DNA from: an uncultured Clostridia bacterium
GTDB taxonomy: Bacteria; Bacillota; Clostridia; Oscillospirales; Acutalibacteraceae
Direction: 5' to 3'
Assembly: GCA_944383495.1 (NCBI GenBank)
Contig: CALWPT010000027.1
Coordinates: 11,629 to 75,628, forward strand
DNA length: 64,000 nucleotides
Shown: in pieces, positions 27,798-37,441 of the stretch
How the letters are laid out: every line of letters begins with the position of its first letter
How positions within the stretch are numbered: position 1 is the stretch's first letter
The notes under the pieces: model-generated
What the model was told of the DNA's origin: nothing
Databases searched by the model: none
The model's input: only the letters and a program-made list of their open reading frames with translations
Program-made: the position numbers and the translations under genes

Positions 27798-28772
27798 ATG
27801 CCTGTTAAGGGTATGACCTGCACTGGGCTGCTGGTCGCGATTGGGATTTTGCTTCCTCAGCTTTTTCATTTGTTGGGGGGGCCGGCTATGGGCGGTGTTT
27901 TTTTGCCGATGCATATTCCGGTTTTAGTAGCGGGGCTTTTGCTTGGCCCTGTTTCAGGCTGTGCCGTCGGGGTATTAGCTCCTCTTGCTAGCTCTTTAAT
28001 CACCGGAATGCCTTCTGCTGTGAAACTTCCCTTTATGTTATTTGAGCTGGCGGCCTATGGGATTGTGTCTGGCGTGATGTCTCGTAACCGGAAAATTCCC
28101 ATATATGTAAGCTTGATTACCGCCATGATTGCTGGAAGAGCGGTCAATGCGCTTTGCCTTCTGGCGGTGGGCGCTTTTATGGGATTTCAGGATTTCCAGG
28201 CTTTTTCCGTTGTAACGGCAGCGGTCACAGGGATTCCGGGTCTAATTTTACAGCTTTTGCTCATCCCCATTCTGGTGATCGGTCTGCGCCGAATTTTGTG
28301 GGGGGAAAGCCGAGGTCGGACAGCGCCCATAGATCTTGCGATTCGGGAATTGGACGAAGGCGGCTATACCTGCGTAGTGCGAAATGGACAGAGAAATTAC
28401 GTCTCCAATCATCGGGGAATAGCGCCTCTGGTTCACTGGCTGGAGGAAACGCCCTGTGTTTTGAAGAATGCGGTGGTTGCGGACAAGGTGATTGGCAAGG
28501 CAGCCGCCTTATTGCTTGTACACGGAGGCATAAAAGAGCTTTATACCCGGGTCATTAGCCGGCCGGCCGTTGCGGTGCTGCGTCGGGCAGAAATTTCCTT
28601 TTCATATGGCGAAATGGTAGAGTATATTGAAAATCGTGATAAAACGGGCAGATGCCCTATGGAATTAAGAGCGGAAGATATAGAAAGCCCTTTTGAAGCC
28701 TTTCTGGTTTTTTCTAAAATTGTTAATAATAATGAGTTGAAAAATATTGAAAAAATCAAAAAAAGCTCTTGA
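27798..28772 (+). CDS. fusion of an ECF-transporter S-component-like membrane domain with a DUF1893 (TM1506-like) domain
   Basis: The N-terminal ~190 aa hold five to six helices with FLPMHIPVLVAGLLLGP ... LITGMP ... MLFELAAYG. The C-terminal ~135 aa carry VVADKVIGKAAALLLVHGGIKELY ... NRDKTGRCPME, as I recall for DUF1893. The start is uncertain (ATG 27798 or 27810). Confidence 0.6.
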   Translation: MPVKGMTCTGLLVAIGILLPQLFHLLGGPAMGGVFLPMHIPVLVAGLLLGPVSGCAVGVLAPLASSLITGMPSAVKLPFMLFELAAYGIVSGVMSRNRKIPIYVSLITAMIAGRAVNALCLLAVGAFMGFQDFQAFSVVTAAVTGIPGLILQLLLIPILVIGLRRILWGESRGRTAPIDLAIRELDEGGYTCVVRNGQRNYVSNHRGIAPLVHWLEETPCVLKNAVVADKVIGKAAALLLVHGGIKELYTRVISRPAVAVLRRAEISFSYGEMVEYIENRDKTGRCPMELRAEDIESPFEAFLVFSKIVNNNELKNIEKIKKSS

Positions 28773-28797
28773 CATTAATCTTTGAAAGGCGTATACT
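28769..28797 (+). promoter_or_regulatory. promoter of the cold-shock gene; predicted ~120-nt 5' UTR
   Basis: TTGACA (28769-28774), 17-nt spacer, TATACT (28792-28797). A long leader is typical of csp genes. Confidence 0.6.
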
Positions 28798-28926
28798 GAA
28801 TATGTATTCAAAGTATCGATGAATTGCACGTTTCTCCGTCAGTCATTGACCTTTTGATGACTGTGGTGCCCGTGCTTTTTTATTGTGCGGAGTACGGAAA
28901 ACACTTTATTAGGAGGTTCCATTAAA

Positions 28927-29136
28927 ATGAACGGTACGGTAAAATGGTTTAATGCAGACAAAGGATTTGGCTTTATTTCCAACGACGATGGCGGCGAGGA
29001 TGTCTTTGTGCATTTTTCCTCGATTTTGGTGGATGGTTTTAAGACCCTGAACGAAGGCCAAAAGGTTACATTTGACACAGAGCCTGACCCCAAAAATCCC
29101 GAAAAGCTGCGCGCGGTTAATGTCCGTCCGCTGTAA
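28927..29136 (+). CDS. cold-shock protein, CspA family
   Basis: [33 protein letters not shown] contains the RNP1 (KGFGFI) and RNP2 (VFVHF) motifs. AGGAGG RBS. Confidence 0.95.
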   Translation: MNGTVKWFNADKGFGFISNDDGGEDVFVHFSSILVDGFKTLNEGQKVTFDTEPDPKNPEKLRAVNVRPL

Positions 29137-29173
29137 GTGCTTTGTAATTTATCATTGAATTAAGCGTTCCATG

Positions 29174-29204
29174 AAAGCCAGCGTATTTTAAGCGCTGGCT
29201 TTTT
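29174..29204 (+). terminator. terminator of csp
   Basis: AAAGCCAGCG-loop-CGCTGGCTTT, followed by TT. Confidence 0.8.
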
Positions 29205-29285
29205 CTATTTGCTAAAACATAACAAATGCTTCTTTGCGCCCATGAATAATTGCTGAAAAGCTTTATCAATTTTCGGAGAAATTCA

Positions 29286-29318
29286 AAAGGCAATCGGAAA
29301 TCTTTACCGATTGCCTTT
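29286..29318 (-). terminator. probable terminator of the 29379-29735 gene
   Basis: 12-bp stem AAAGGCAATCGG / CCGATTGCCTTT with a 9-nt loop. A T-rich tract follows on the minus strand. Confidence 0.45.
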
Positions 29319-29378
29319 GTGGGAATAGCGGTCTGCTATCCATCAAATTCTATTGCGTTATTTTATGGCGCATGCGTT

Positions 29379-29735
29379 TTAAGGCAGCGTTAAGACATGA
29401 AAAATAAATACTAGGCTTAAAATCAAAACAAAGGCGCAGCCTGAAACAAGATACACCAACCGAGAGGTTTTATTGTGAAATTTTCCGGCAAACACACCCA
29501 ATAGAACACAGGAAACGATCAGTGCCAATATATCTACTACCAGAAAAACCTGAATGCGGTCTAATGGAAAAAAGCTGGCCAGAAAATATGAGATGGGATG
29601 GCCGGCGCTGTGCGCAAGCGGCACAATCATTAACGGCAAAACTGATTTCGCATAAAGAGCGCGTTTGGCCCGCAGAAATAAAAAAGCCACCGCCAGTAAA
29701 ATAACAGTAATCGACACGCTCTCCATTACCAACAC
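29379..29735 (-). CDS. hypothetical membrane protein
   Basis: 118 aa with four predicted hydrophobic helices. No recognisable family. Confidence 0.5.
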   Translation of the reverse strand: MLVMESVSITVILLAVAFLFLRAKRALYAKSVLPLMIVPLAHSAGHPISYFLASFFPLDRIQVFLVVDILALIVSCVLLGVFAGKFHNKTSRLVYLVSGCAFVLILSLVFIFHVLTLP

Positions 29736-29970
29736 AAAAACGACTCCCTTTCATAATGATCTTTCAGCGGCACTGCGGAACAAAAGAAAATGCAGTCAAG
29801 TCAAGATGGATCAGTTCATTAAACAGTAAAAATATTATAACACATTTTGCCAAAAGAACAATATCTATATCATCTTTTCATAAAATAAAACCGCAAAGCA
29901 TCATAAAACACCTTTGCATAAGGGCAAAATACAAATTAAGAAGCGTAAAATGTCCGTTTTAGCGGCAAGT

Positions 29971-29997
29971 AAAAAGGCCGCCGAAATATCGGCGGCC
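29971..29997 (-). terminator. terminator of ptsH
   Basis: GGCCGCCGA-AATA-TCGGCGGCC, with TTTTT after it on the minus strand. Confidence 0.75.
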
Positions 29998-30020
29998 GAT
30001 CCACTCGATCTATTGATTCC

Positions 30021-30284
30021 CTACTCGGCAAAACCGGACTGTACCAGTTTCACCAGACTGTCTACCGCCGCGGTTTCATCCGCGCCGTCGGCAATAATAT
30101 GAATAGTTGTTCCTCCCACAATGCCAAGCGACAAAACACCCAGAAGGCTCTTTGCGTTGACCCGGCGTTCTTCCTTTTCCACCCAGACAGAAGACTTAAA
30201 CTCATTGGCTTTCTGAATAAAAAAAGTTGCGGGCCGCGCATGTAAACCAACCTGGTTCTGAACAACGACATCTTTCACATACAT
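30021..30284 (-). CDS. ptsH: phosphocarrier protein HPr
   Basis: His15 context GLHARPA and Ser46 context NAKSLLGVLSLG. Confidence 0.9.
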   Translation of the reverse strand: MYVKDVVVQNQVGLHARPATFFIQKANEFKSSVWVEKEERRVNAKSLLGVLSLGIVGGTTIHIIADGADETAAVDSLVKLVQSGFAE

Positions 30285-30333
30285 ACTTGAAAACCTCTTT
30301 CAAATCATGAAATTTCCATGTCAGCATGTCCTT

Positions 30334-30361
30334 ATTATATCACATTTTAGGTTGCGGTCAA
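30334..30361 (-). promoter_or_regulatory. promoter of ptsH
   Basis: On the minus strand: TTGACC (30361-30356), 16-nt spacer, TGaTATAAT (-10 at 30339-30334). Confidence 0.5.
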
Positions 30362-30542
30362 TGAAAATCTGGCTCATTTCGGGGCTTTAGGGCAAAGTTC
30401 TACCAGCGTTCCAAACAACGACATTTTTTGTCACGCCCATTTATGCAACTTGAATAAAATATCTTTTGCCTTTTGTACGGCCTGTTTAATCCTGCCCCAA
30501 CAAGCCGCCCGGCATTCCATTTCAGTCAAAACATCGCCATTT

Positions 30543-32783
30543 TTATAGACTCAACTGATCTCCCGCTTCCTCAGCGGCAGGCATGCTGCCGGCTGCCGGC
30601 AAACTCCGGATCCGGTGACGATGGGGCTTAGCCAGCATCCCTTCTTCGAACAAACGGGCCTCTATTACACGGTGGGACTTTTTCAAAGTCATAACCTGTA
30701 CGCCCTGGGTATCCTTAGTTGATTTAGCTGCAATTGCCCCTGTGTGGAATAAGAGCATCCGGCCGCTGGAGGCGGTCAGCAACAGCTCTCTGTCTTCAGG
30801 AAGATAAAACGCCGCGACAAGAGGCGATTTCCCGCTATAGGCCTTCAGCAGCTTTTTTCGGTTGGTTTTGGTTTCATAGGCCTTCATTTCTACCTTCGCA
30901 GCCTTTCCGTTTTCAAAAATAAATACCATATAACCGGAATAATCCTCTGTCACCGCCATATAAACAGCTTTTTCCCCGCTGTCAAATTGAAGCGCGGTCG
31001 GAATATAATCCCCCAGCACACTGGCTTTGGTGTCCGAAAAATCCGAAGCCCGGGACTTATAGACCTGACACTGATCCGTGAAGAATAAAAGCTCCTTTTT
31101 GTTGCTGGATTCTTCTATCAGCAGCAGCGCATCCCCTTCCTTTAGCTTTTGTTCAGCGCTCATACGCAAAGACTGAGGCGTTATTTTTTTGAAATACCCC
31201 TCTTTGGTAAAGAACAAGGTCACCGGATAATCCGGTACTTCCGCCCTGATCGGCGCAAAATCCTCTGCCTTGGGATGGTAAATCACCGTTCTACGGGGTT
31301 GCGCGTACTTTTTAATCACCTGCTTCAGCTCATCAATAATAATATTCTTGACCCTGGTTCTGCTGCTCAGGATCCCCTCCTGCTCAGCGATTTCTTTTTC
31401 CAAATTTTCAATGTCCTTCAGGCGGTTTAGGATGTATTCCTTATTTAAATGGCGCAGCTTAATTTCCGCCACAAACTCCGCCTGGATTTGGTCAATGCCG
31501 AACCCGATCATTAAATTGGGAACGACTTCACTGTCCTCCTCCGTCTCGCGGACAATTTTAATCGCCTTATCAATGTCCAATAAAATTTTGGAAAGGCCCC
31601 GCAGCAAATGCAGCCGGGACTTTGCCTTTTGCAGGTTAAAGTACACTCGCCGCTTAATACATTCTATGCGAAATGCGGTCCATTCGCTCAAAAGCTCGCT
31701 TACGCCCATAACCCGAGGCGCACCTGCAATGAGAACATTAAAGTTGCAGGAAAAGGTATCCTCCAGTTGAGTCATTTTAAACAGCTTCTGCATCAGCCTG
31801 TCTGGATCGGCGCCCCGCTTAAGGTCAATGGTAATTTTTAAGCCGTTCAGACCGGTTTCATCTCGAATATCGTTAATTTCCTGAATCTTTTTCTGCTTAA
31901 CTAAATCTATGACCTTTTCAATGATCACCTCCACGGTGGCAGTGGGCGGAATTTGCGTAATGTCAATGCAGTTGGCAGATGCGTCGTACGCATACACCGC
32001 TCGGACCTTAACACCGCCGCGGCCGGTGGCATAGATTTTTTCCAGGTCCTCCCGGTTGTATAAAAGCAAGCCGCCGCCGGGAAAATCAGGAGCGATTAAG
32101 GTATCGGCAATATTATGATTTTCATCCCGCAGATAGGCGATGGTGGTTTCGCAAACCTCCTGTAGGTTAAAAGGGCAAATGGAACTGGCCATTCCAACGG
32201 CAATTCCGATATTAGCGTTAACCAGAACGGTAGGAAAAGTAACCGGCAGCAGCACCGGCTCCTTTTTGGTGGCGTCGTAGTTGTCCACCATGTCTACGGT
32301 TTCCTTGTCAATGTCACGAAACAGTTCTGCGGCAATGAGCGTCAGCTTAGCCTCCGTATACCGGGAGGCGGCGGCCTGCATGTCCCGGGAATATGCCTTG
32401 CCAAAATTTCCCTTGGAATCAACATAGGGATGCAGCAACGCCCCGTACCCTTCCGACATGCGCACCATGGTATCATAAATCGCCGCATCGCCATGGGGGT
32501 TGAGTTGCATGGTCTGGCCAGCGATGTTTGCGGATTTGATACGCGCGCCGGACAACAGACCCATTTGGTACATGGTGTATAACAGCTTACGGTGGGAAGG
32601 CTTAAACCCGTCAATCTCCGGGATCGCCCGGGAAACGATAACGCTCATGGTGTAGGGCATGTAGTTGGTTTCCAGCGTCTCGGTTATGGGCTGCTCCTGC
32701 ACGGTGCCCGCTCCCGCAATATATGCGTTCACCTCAGAGGGATTAATGATCATTTTCTTTTCCGGCTGTTTCTTTCTTGCCAT
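30543..32783 (-). CDS. parC: type IIA topoisomerase subunit A (topoisomerase IV ParC-type / second gyrase A-like)
   Basis: RAIPEIDGFKPSHRKLLY, active-site Tyr context AASRYTEAKL, and a C-terminal beta-pinwheel region. The start is at MARKKQ (32783); GTG 32810 is possible. Confidence 0.8.
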   Translation of the reverse strand: MARKKQPEKKMIINPSEVNAYIAGAGTVQEQPITETLETNYMPYTMSVIVSRAIPEIDGFKPSHRKLLYTMYQMGLLSGARIKSANIAGQTMQLNPHGDAAIYDTMVRMSEGYGALLHPYVDSKGNFGKAYSRDMQAAASRYTEAKLTLIAAELFRDIDKETVDMVDNYDATKKEPVLLPVTFPTVLVNANIGIAVGMASSICPFNLQEVCETTIAYLRDENHNIADTLIAPDFPGGGLLLYNREDLEKIYATGRGGVKVRAVYAYDASANCIDITQIPPTATVEVIIEKVIDLVKQKKIQEINDIRDETGLNGLKITIDLKRGADPDRLMQKLFKMTQLEDTFSCNFNVLIAGAPRVMGVSELLSEWTAFRIECIKRRVYFNLQKAKSRLHLLRGLSKILLDIDKAIKIVRETEEDSEVVPNLMIGFGIDQIQAEFVAEIKLRHLNKEYILNRLKDIENLEKEIAEQEGILSSRTRVKNIIIDELKQVIKKYAQPRRTVIYHPKAEDFAPIRAEVPDYPVTLFFTKEGYFKKITPQSLRMSAEQKLKEGDALLLIEESSNKKELLFFTDQCQVYKSRASDFSDTKASVLGDYIPTALQFDSGEKAVYMAVTEDYSGYMVFIFENGKAAKVEMKAYETKTNRKKLLKAYSGKSPLVAAFYLPEDRELLLTASSGRMLLFHTGAIAAKSTKDTQGVQVMTLKKSHRVIEARLFEEGMLAKPHRHRIRSLPAAGSMPAAEEAGDQLSL

Positions 32784-32907
32784 TTTTGCGACCATTCCTT
32801 TCACAATCACCCGGAAGCCTTGGAGCGGTTTCGCCTCCGGCGAAATTCGGGACGTTCACCTGAAAGACACAAATTCCCAATTTAAATGAGCTGTCAAGCC
32901 TTTCTAC

Positions 32908-34890
32908 TTAGGAAATATCAGCCATTTCCAGGTACCGATAGCCGTTTTCTGCTATAAACGCCTTGCGGCCTTCCAAATTGTTGCCCAGCAATATGTCAAA
33001 CATTTGAGCGGTATGAAGCACATCGGTGGGTAAAACCTTGACTAGCCTCCGGGTGGCAGGGTTCATGGTGGTTAGATTCATCATCTCCGGCTGGTTTTCA
33101 CCCAAGCCTTTAGAGCGCTGAAGCGTATATTTCTGATTCCCGATCCTTTCTAGGATCTCTGTCTTTTCCCGTTCGTCGTAGGCATAATACGTTTTATCCT
33201 TTGTGTTAATCTCAAATAAAGGCGTTTCCGCAATATATACATACCCTTCCTCTATCAAGGTTGGCGTCAGGCGATACAGCATGGTGAGAATCAGCGTGCG
33301 GATCTGAAAGCCATCCTCGTCCGCATCGGTACAGATAATCACCTTATTCCAACGGAGATTGCCAAGTTCGAAGGTGGAAAGATCCTTATTGGCCTTTGTT
33401 TTGACTTCAACGCCGCAGCCCAGCACCTTGACCAGATCCGTAATAATCTCATTTTTAAAGATTTTATCGTATTCTGCTTTCAAGCAGTTCAAAATCTTGC
33501 CCCGCACCGGAATAATCGCCTGAAAGTCCGGATCTCGCGCCAGCTTACAGGAGCCCAAGGCCGAATCGCCTTCCACGATGAAAAGTTCCCGTTCCTCAAC
33601 CTTGCGGCTGCGGCAGTCCACGAACTTCTGCACCCGGCTGGCCATATCGGTACCCGACTGCATGGTTTTTTTCAAATTCAGCCGTTCTTTTTCCGAACGT
33701 TCCCTCGAGCGTTTGTTAATCAGTACCTGCTCGGCGATTTTATCGGCCTCCTGCTTATTCTCAATAAAATAAATTTCAAGCTGATGCCGCAGAAAATCTG
33801 TCATGGCCTCCTGAATAAACTTATTGGTGATGGATTTCTTGGTCTGGTTTTCGTAGGAGGTTTGCGTGGAGAAGGACGAAATCACCAGCACCAGACACTC
33901 CTCAATATCGCTGAATGATACCTTTGACTCATTTTTGTTGTATTTATTATTCTGCCGCAGGTATGCGTCAATCTGCGATACAAAAGCGCTTCGTGCGGCC
34001 TTTTCCGGCGCACCGCCATACTCCAGATAGCTGGAATTATGATAGTACTCCTTTCGCTGGGTTTTATTGGAAAAGCAAAGGGCAACGTTCATTTTCACCT
34101 TATAATCAGGCTTGTCCTCCCGGTCGCGGCCCATGCGCTCGGCCTGCCAGCTTTGGACAGACGTTAATCCATCTTCCCCCACAATCTCCAAAACGTAATC
34201 GGAAATTCCATGGTCATACTTATATTCATATGTGTCAAACCCTCGCCCGTTCTGATCCCGCAGGACAAAAAGCAGTCCGTTATTGACCACAGCCTGGCGT
34301 TTCAGCATATCCTGAAAATATTCCAGCGGGATATCAATATCCGTAAACACCTTGAGATCAGGCTTCCAACGGGTTTTGGTTCCCGTCTGCCGGCCCGCAT
34401 AGGGCTCCTTAACCAATCCTCCCTGGTTCTCCCCCGCTTCAAAATGCAGCTTATAAAGGAAGCCATCCCGTCGAACCTCCACATCCATATATTCCGAGGC
34501 ATACTGGGTGGCGCAGGCTCCGAGGCCGTTGAGACCCAGGGAATATTCGTAGCTATCTCCCGTCAGATTATTATACTTTCCGCCTGCATACAGTTCGCAA
34601 TAAACCAGTTCCCAGTTAAATTTTTGCTCCTTCTCGTTCCAGTCCACCGGACAGCCGCGGCCAAAATCCTCCACCTCAATTGAATGGTCGGCATACCGGG
34701 TAACGATAATTTTATTCCCAAAGCCTTCCCTGGCTTCGTCAATGGAATTGGAGATAATTTCAAAAATAGAATGCTGGCAGCCATCGATCCCGTCAGATCC
34801 AAAAATGACCGCCGGGCGTTTGCGAACCCGATCTGCGCCCTTCAGGGACGAGATACTTTCATTGCCATATGAGGCGGTTTTCTTTGCCAT
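32908..34890 (-). CDS. parE: type IIA topoisomerase subunit B (ParE-type)
   Basis: GHKL ATPase N-terminus (LKGADRVRKRPAVIFGS, GLNGLGA). TOPRIM motifs EGDSALGS and CTDADEDGFQI. Confidence 0.8.
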   Translation of the reverse strand: MAKKTASYGNESISSLKGADRVRKRPAVIFGSDGIDGCQHSIFEIISNSIDEAREGFGNKIIVTRYADHSIEVEDFGRGCPVDWNEKEQKFNWELVYCELYAGGKYNNLTGDSYEYSLGLNGLGACATQYASEYMDVEVRRDGFLYKLHFEAGENQGGLVKEPYAGRQTGTKTRWKPDLKVFTDIDIPLEYFQDMLKRQAVVNNGLLFVLRDQNGRGFDTYEYKYDHGISDYVLEIVGEDGLTSVQSWQAERMGRDREDKPDYKVKMNVALCFSNKTQRKEYYHNSSYLEYGGAPEKAARSAFVSQIDAYLRQNNKYNKNESKVSFSDIEECLVLVISSFSTQTSYENQTKKSITNKFIQEAMTDFLRHQLEIYFIENKQEADKIAEQVLINKRSRERSEKERLNLKKTMQSGTDMASRVQKFVDCRSRKVEERELFIVEGDSALGSCKLARDPDFQAIIPVRGKILNCLKAEYDKIFKNEIITDLVKVLGCGVEVKTKANKDLSTFELGNLRWNKVIICTDADEDGFQIRTLILTMLYRLTPTLIEEGYVYIAETPLFEINTKDKTYYAYDEREKTEILERIGNQKYTLQRSKGLGENQPEMMNLTTMNPATRRLVKVLPTDVLHTAQMFDILLGNNLEGRKAFIAENGYRYLEMADIS

Positions 34891-34932
34891 TGAAATTCTC
34901 CTTTAACGGAATGTTTCTTTTCTAAATACCAC

Positions 34933-34958
34933 AAAAAAAGCCGCAAGCGGCTTTTCTT
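34933..34958 (-). terminator. terminator-like hairpin inside the parE leader
   Basis: AAAGCCG-CTTG-CGGCTTT followed by T-run on the minus strand; A/T runs flank both sides. It lies 45 nt upstream of the parE ATG and downstream of the candidate promoter. Confidence 0.5.
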
Positions 34959-34965
34959 TTTCATT

Positions 34966-34995
34966 ATCATACACGATATCTTGTGGTTTTGTCAA
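34966..34995 (-). promoter_or_regulatory. candidate sigma-A promoter of parE-parC
   Basis: On the minus strand: TTGACA (34995-34990), 18-nt spacer, TATGAT (34971-34966). Confidence 0.5.
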
Positions 34996-35133
34996 GTAAA
35001 GGCCATTTTTTTCCTGATCCGGCGAGCTTAAGGCGAGGACTGCCGCAAGAATTTTCCACTGTTTTCTCGTTCTCTAAAGAAACGTAAAGCCGCTCCTGCT
35101 TGGGAGCGCACGGCGGCTTGCAACAGCAAGACT

Positions 35134-35877
35134 TTATTCCACGGGCATGACATAAATGGTCATTACATATCCGATCACGCCGTTATAATCAACAACGTAC
35201 CAGTCCTCCCATTGCCCTAAAATTGTAATTGGATCTCCGTTATAGGCTCTCGCAAGAGAATCAGCATAAATGGATGGAAACTGCCGGATATTTAAAAAAT
35301 CCGCGGTGATGGAAACAACGCCTTCCTTCGGTTCCATGGCTTCAACAAAGGGAATGCCGAAATACTCCGTAAGAGCAATCACAGTGGCTCGCGCCAGAGA
35401 TTCAATATTATCTTTAATAAAGGCTGCGTCCGTCTCGTTATCATGGTATGCGTATTCAATCAGCACGCCGGGCGCGCGGGTCTGCAATACCTCTCCCAGT
35501 TCAGAGGCTGCCAGCGTTCGGACACGATCCGGATTGTAATACACATTTTTTAGATTTTGAGAGATAATTTCCGCTGCCCGCAGGCTTTCCATATTCTGCG
35601 GATTATAGTATACCTCCGTGCCGGTAAGCTGTCCGGATAAGGACTCCGGCGCGGCATTGGAGTGGAGAGACACATGAAGGTCAAAGGCGCCTGCATTGGA
35701 CTGAACAATAGAGCTTGCGGCGGTCATTTCAGGCGTGTTTCGCACAAAGCCAATACCGCTGGATCGCAGATATGGCTCCATTGCGTCGGCCACAAGGTTC
35801 ATATAATATTCTTCTGTGCCGCCGTTTATGTAGGCGTTGAATTCCTGGGTAGATGGACTCAGGTAAATGACAGGCAT
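35134..35877 (-). CDS. N-acetylmuramoyl-L-alanine amidase (amidase_3) with C-terminal SH3b domain
   Basis: VSLHSNAAP and IEYAYHDN zinc-ligand contexts. The C-terminal NIRQFPS ... ITILGQWEDWYVVDYNGVIGYV is SH3-like. GGGGAGGAG RBS lies 5 nt before ATG 35877. Confidence 0.8.
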   Translation of the reverse strand: MPVIYLSPSTQEFNAYINGGTEEYYMNLVADAMEPYLRSSGIGFVRNTPEMTAASSIVQSNAGAFDLHVSLHSNAAPESLSGQLTGTEVYYNPQNMESLRAAEIISQNLKNVYYNPDRVRTLAASELGEVLQTRAPGVLIEYAYHDNETDAAFIKDNIESLARATVIALTEYFGIPFVEAMEPKEGVVSITADFLNIRQFPSIYADSLARAYNGDPITILGQWEDWYVVDYNGVIGYVMTIYVMPVE

Positions 35878-36064
35878 CAGGGCTCCTCCCCTTGCAAAGC
35901 TTTGTTCCATGATATGCCCGCAAGCGGTAAATGGTTCTGTCGTTAGGATTCCCCTCATTGGAAAAGGATCTGCTCTCACAGCCGTATGTCCATATTATTT
36001 CAATTTATATGAATAGGCAGAATTCGTTCAGTTCTTTTTTCAGAAACGGAAAAGCCAAGAACCG

Positions 36065-37420
36065 TCATTCAAAGGCTTTCAACGCAGTCTGCAAAACCGT
36101 GCGGGCCACCGGAAGGGCGGTTCCCTTGCCGCTGCCGCCGTTTTCTACCACCACCACAAAGGCCAGCGGCGTATCCTCGCGATCCAGAAATCCAGTGAAC
36201 CAGGCGTGAGGAGCACCGTCGTCCACTTCGGCGGTGCCGGTTTTGGCGCAAAGCTCCATGCCGGAAAAGCCGGATTCACCGTATTCCACCTTTACGGCGT
36301 TCCGCATCAGAGACTTTAAGGAGGCAGCCGTTTCTTCCGACAGCATCCGTCCTTCCTTCGAAGGAAAATGAAAATACTGAGGAAGCCCGTAAGCTGTTTT
36401 AATTTCCTTGATATAATAAGGCGTGACAGCCCGGCCGCCGTTGGCAACCGCGCCCATATAAATCATATACCCCATAGGATTGACCAGATCCGTATATTGC
36501 CCGATGCCCGCCCAGGCAAGCTCTGCGGCCGCGGCGTTTTCTACACGAAATTTTCCCATGGAGGTGTCCACCCCGTTAATGGAAAACTGCTTTCCCACGC
36601 CGGACTTCGCAGCGTATTCCGCCAGCGTTTCCTTCCCAATTTCCACAGAAAGCTCAGCAAACGCCGCATTGCAGGAATGAGCCAGTGCTGTTGCGAAATC
36701 GACATTCCCATGATTTCCCGAGCATTTTATCCATTCGCCGCCGATGGTTGTCCCTCCCTTGCAAGTGAAGGTTCGAGAATACAAGTTCGGAATCGTGTCA
36801 ATAGCCGCGGCGGCGGTTACAAGCTTAAAAACCGACCCCGGCGTATACACGCCTCCCGTCAATCGGTTTACATAAACTCCTTCATATGCCTTGCCGGACA
36901 AATCCGGCACATTTTCCGGGTCAAAGGAAGGCTTGCTCACCATACAAATAATTTCCCCGGTTTTATAGTTATAAACCCCGACAGTGCCCTTTCGGCTGCC
37001 CAGGGCGTTATACGCCGCACGGCAGGTATCCGCGTCCAGTGTCAGCGTGATTTGCGTCCCGCCTTCAAAGGGCTGGAACACGCCGTTTATGAAGTCATAG
37101 CCGATCAGCTTGGCTTTATTGGTTTTGATGACGCCGGTATTAATGCTGTCGCTTTTATCTCCCACTGCATGCAGCGTGGCTTTGCGGAGGGTTTCACCGT
37201 CGGCGTAACCGTTTTCCAAAGAAAACAGCTCGGTGCCGTCGGCTGACAGGATCGTGCCGCCCTCCTTGAGCTCCCCGTTTGCGTAGACGTTTTGATTGGC
37301 GGGATGAACCACCCATCCGCTGCCATCCTTTGCGTACCGTACCAAAAACACAGTGGAACAGGTCAGAAAATAAACGATTACGACAGCTAAAATTTTTGCT
37401 CTGCGGCCAATTCGTCTCAT
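36065..37420 (-). CDS. class B penicillin-binding protein (PbpA-like transpeptidase)
   Basis: N-terminal TM anchor. SxxK in PGSVFKL, SxN in HSCN, and KTG in AKTGTAE. Confidence 0.85.
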   Translation of the reverse strand: MRRIGRRAKILAVVIVYFLTCSTVFLVRYAKDGSGWVVHPANQNVYANGELKEGGTILSADGTELFSLENGYADGETLRKATLHAVGDKSDSINTGVIKTNKAKLIGYDFINGVFQPFEGGTQITLTLDADTCRAAYNALGSRKGTVGVYNYKTGEIICMVSKPSFDPENVPDLSGKAYEGVYVNRLTGGVYTPGSVFKLVTAAAAIDTIPNLYSRTFTCKGGTTIGGEWIKCSGNHGNVDFATALAHSCNAAFAELSVEIGKETLAEYAAKSGVGKQFSINGVDTSMGKFRVENAAAAELAWAGIGQYTDLVNPMGYMIYMGAVANGGRAVTPYYIKEIKTAYGLPQYFHFPSKEGRMLSEETAASLKSLMRNAVKVEYGESGFSGMELCAKTGTAEVDDGAPHAWFTGFLDREDTPLAFVVVVENGGSGKGTALPVARTVLQTALKAFE

Positions 37421-37441
37421 AGCATTCGATTCCTTTCTTTC

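Noticed and set aside
29756-30102. Small plus-strand ORFs (68 and 62 aa) between the membrane-protein gene and ptsH
   Set aside because: They are Lys/Ile/Ser-rich translations of AT-rich spacer, and one overlaps the ptsH terminator and coding region. There is no RBS.
36368-37246. 292-aa plus-strand ORF antisense to the PBP gene, with a similar one at 38765-39406 antisense to FHA-rodA
   Set aside because: Both are shadow ORFs. They have low-complexity Arg/Gly/His composition, no RBS, and the opposite strand carries unmistakable SxxK/SxN/KTG and SEDS motifs.
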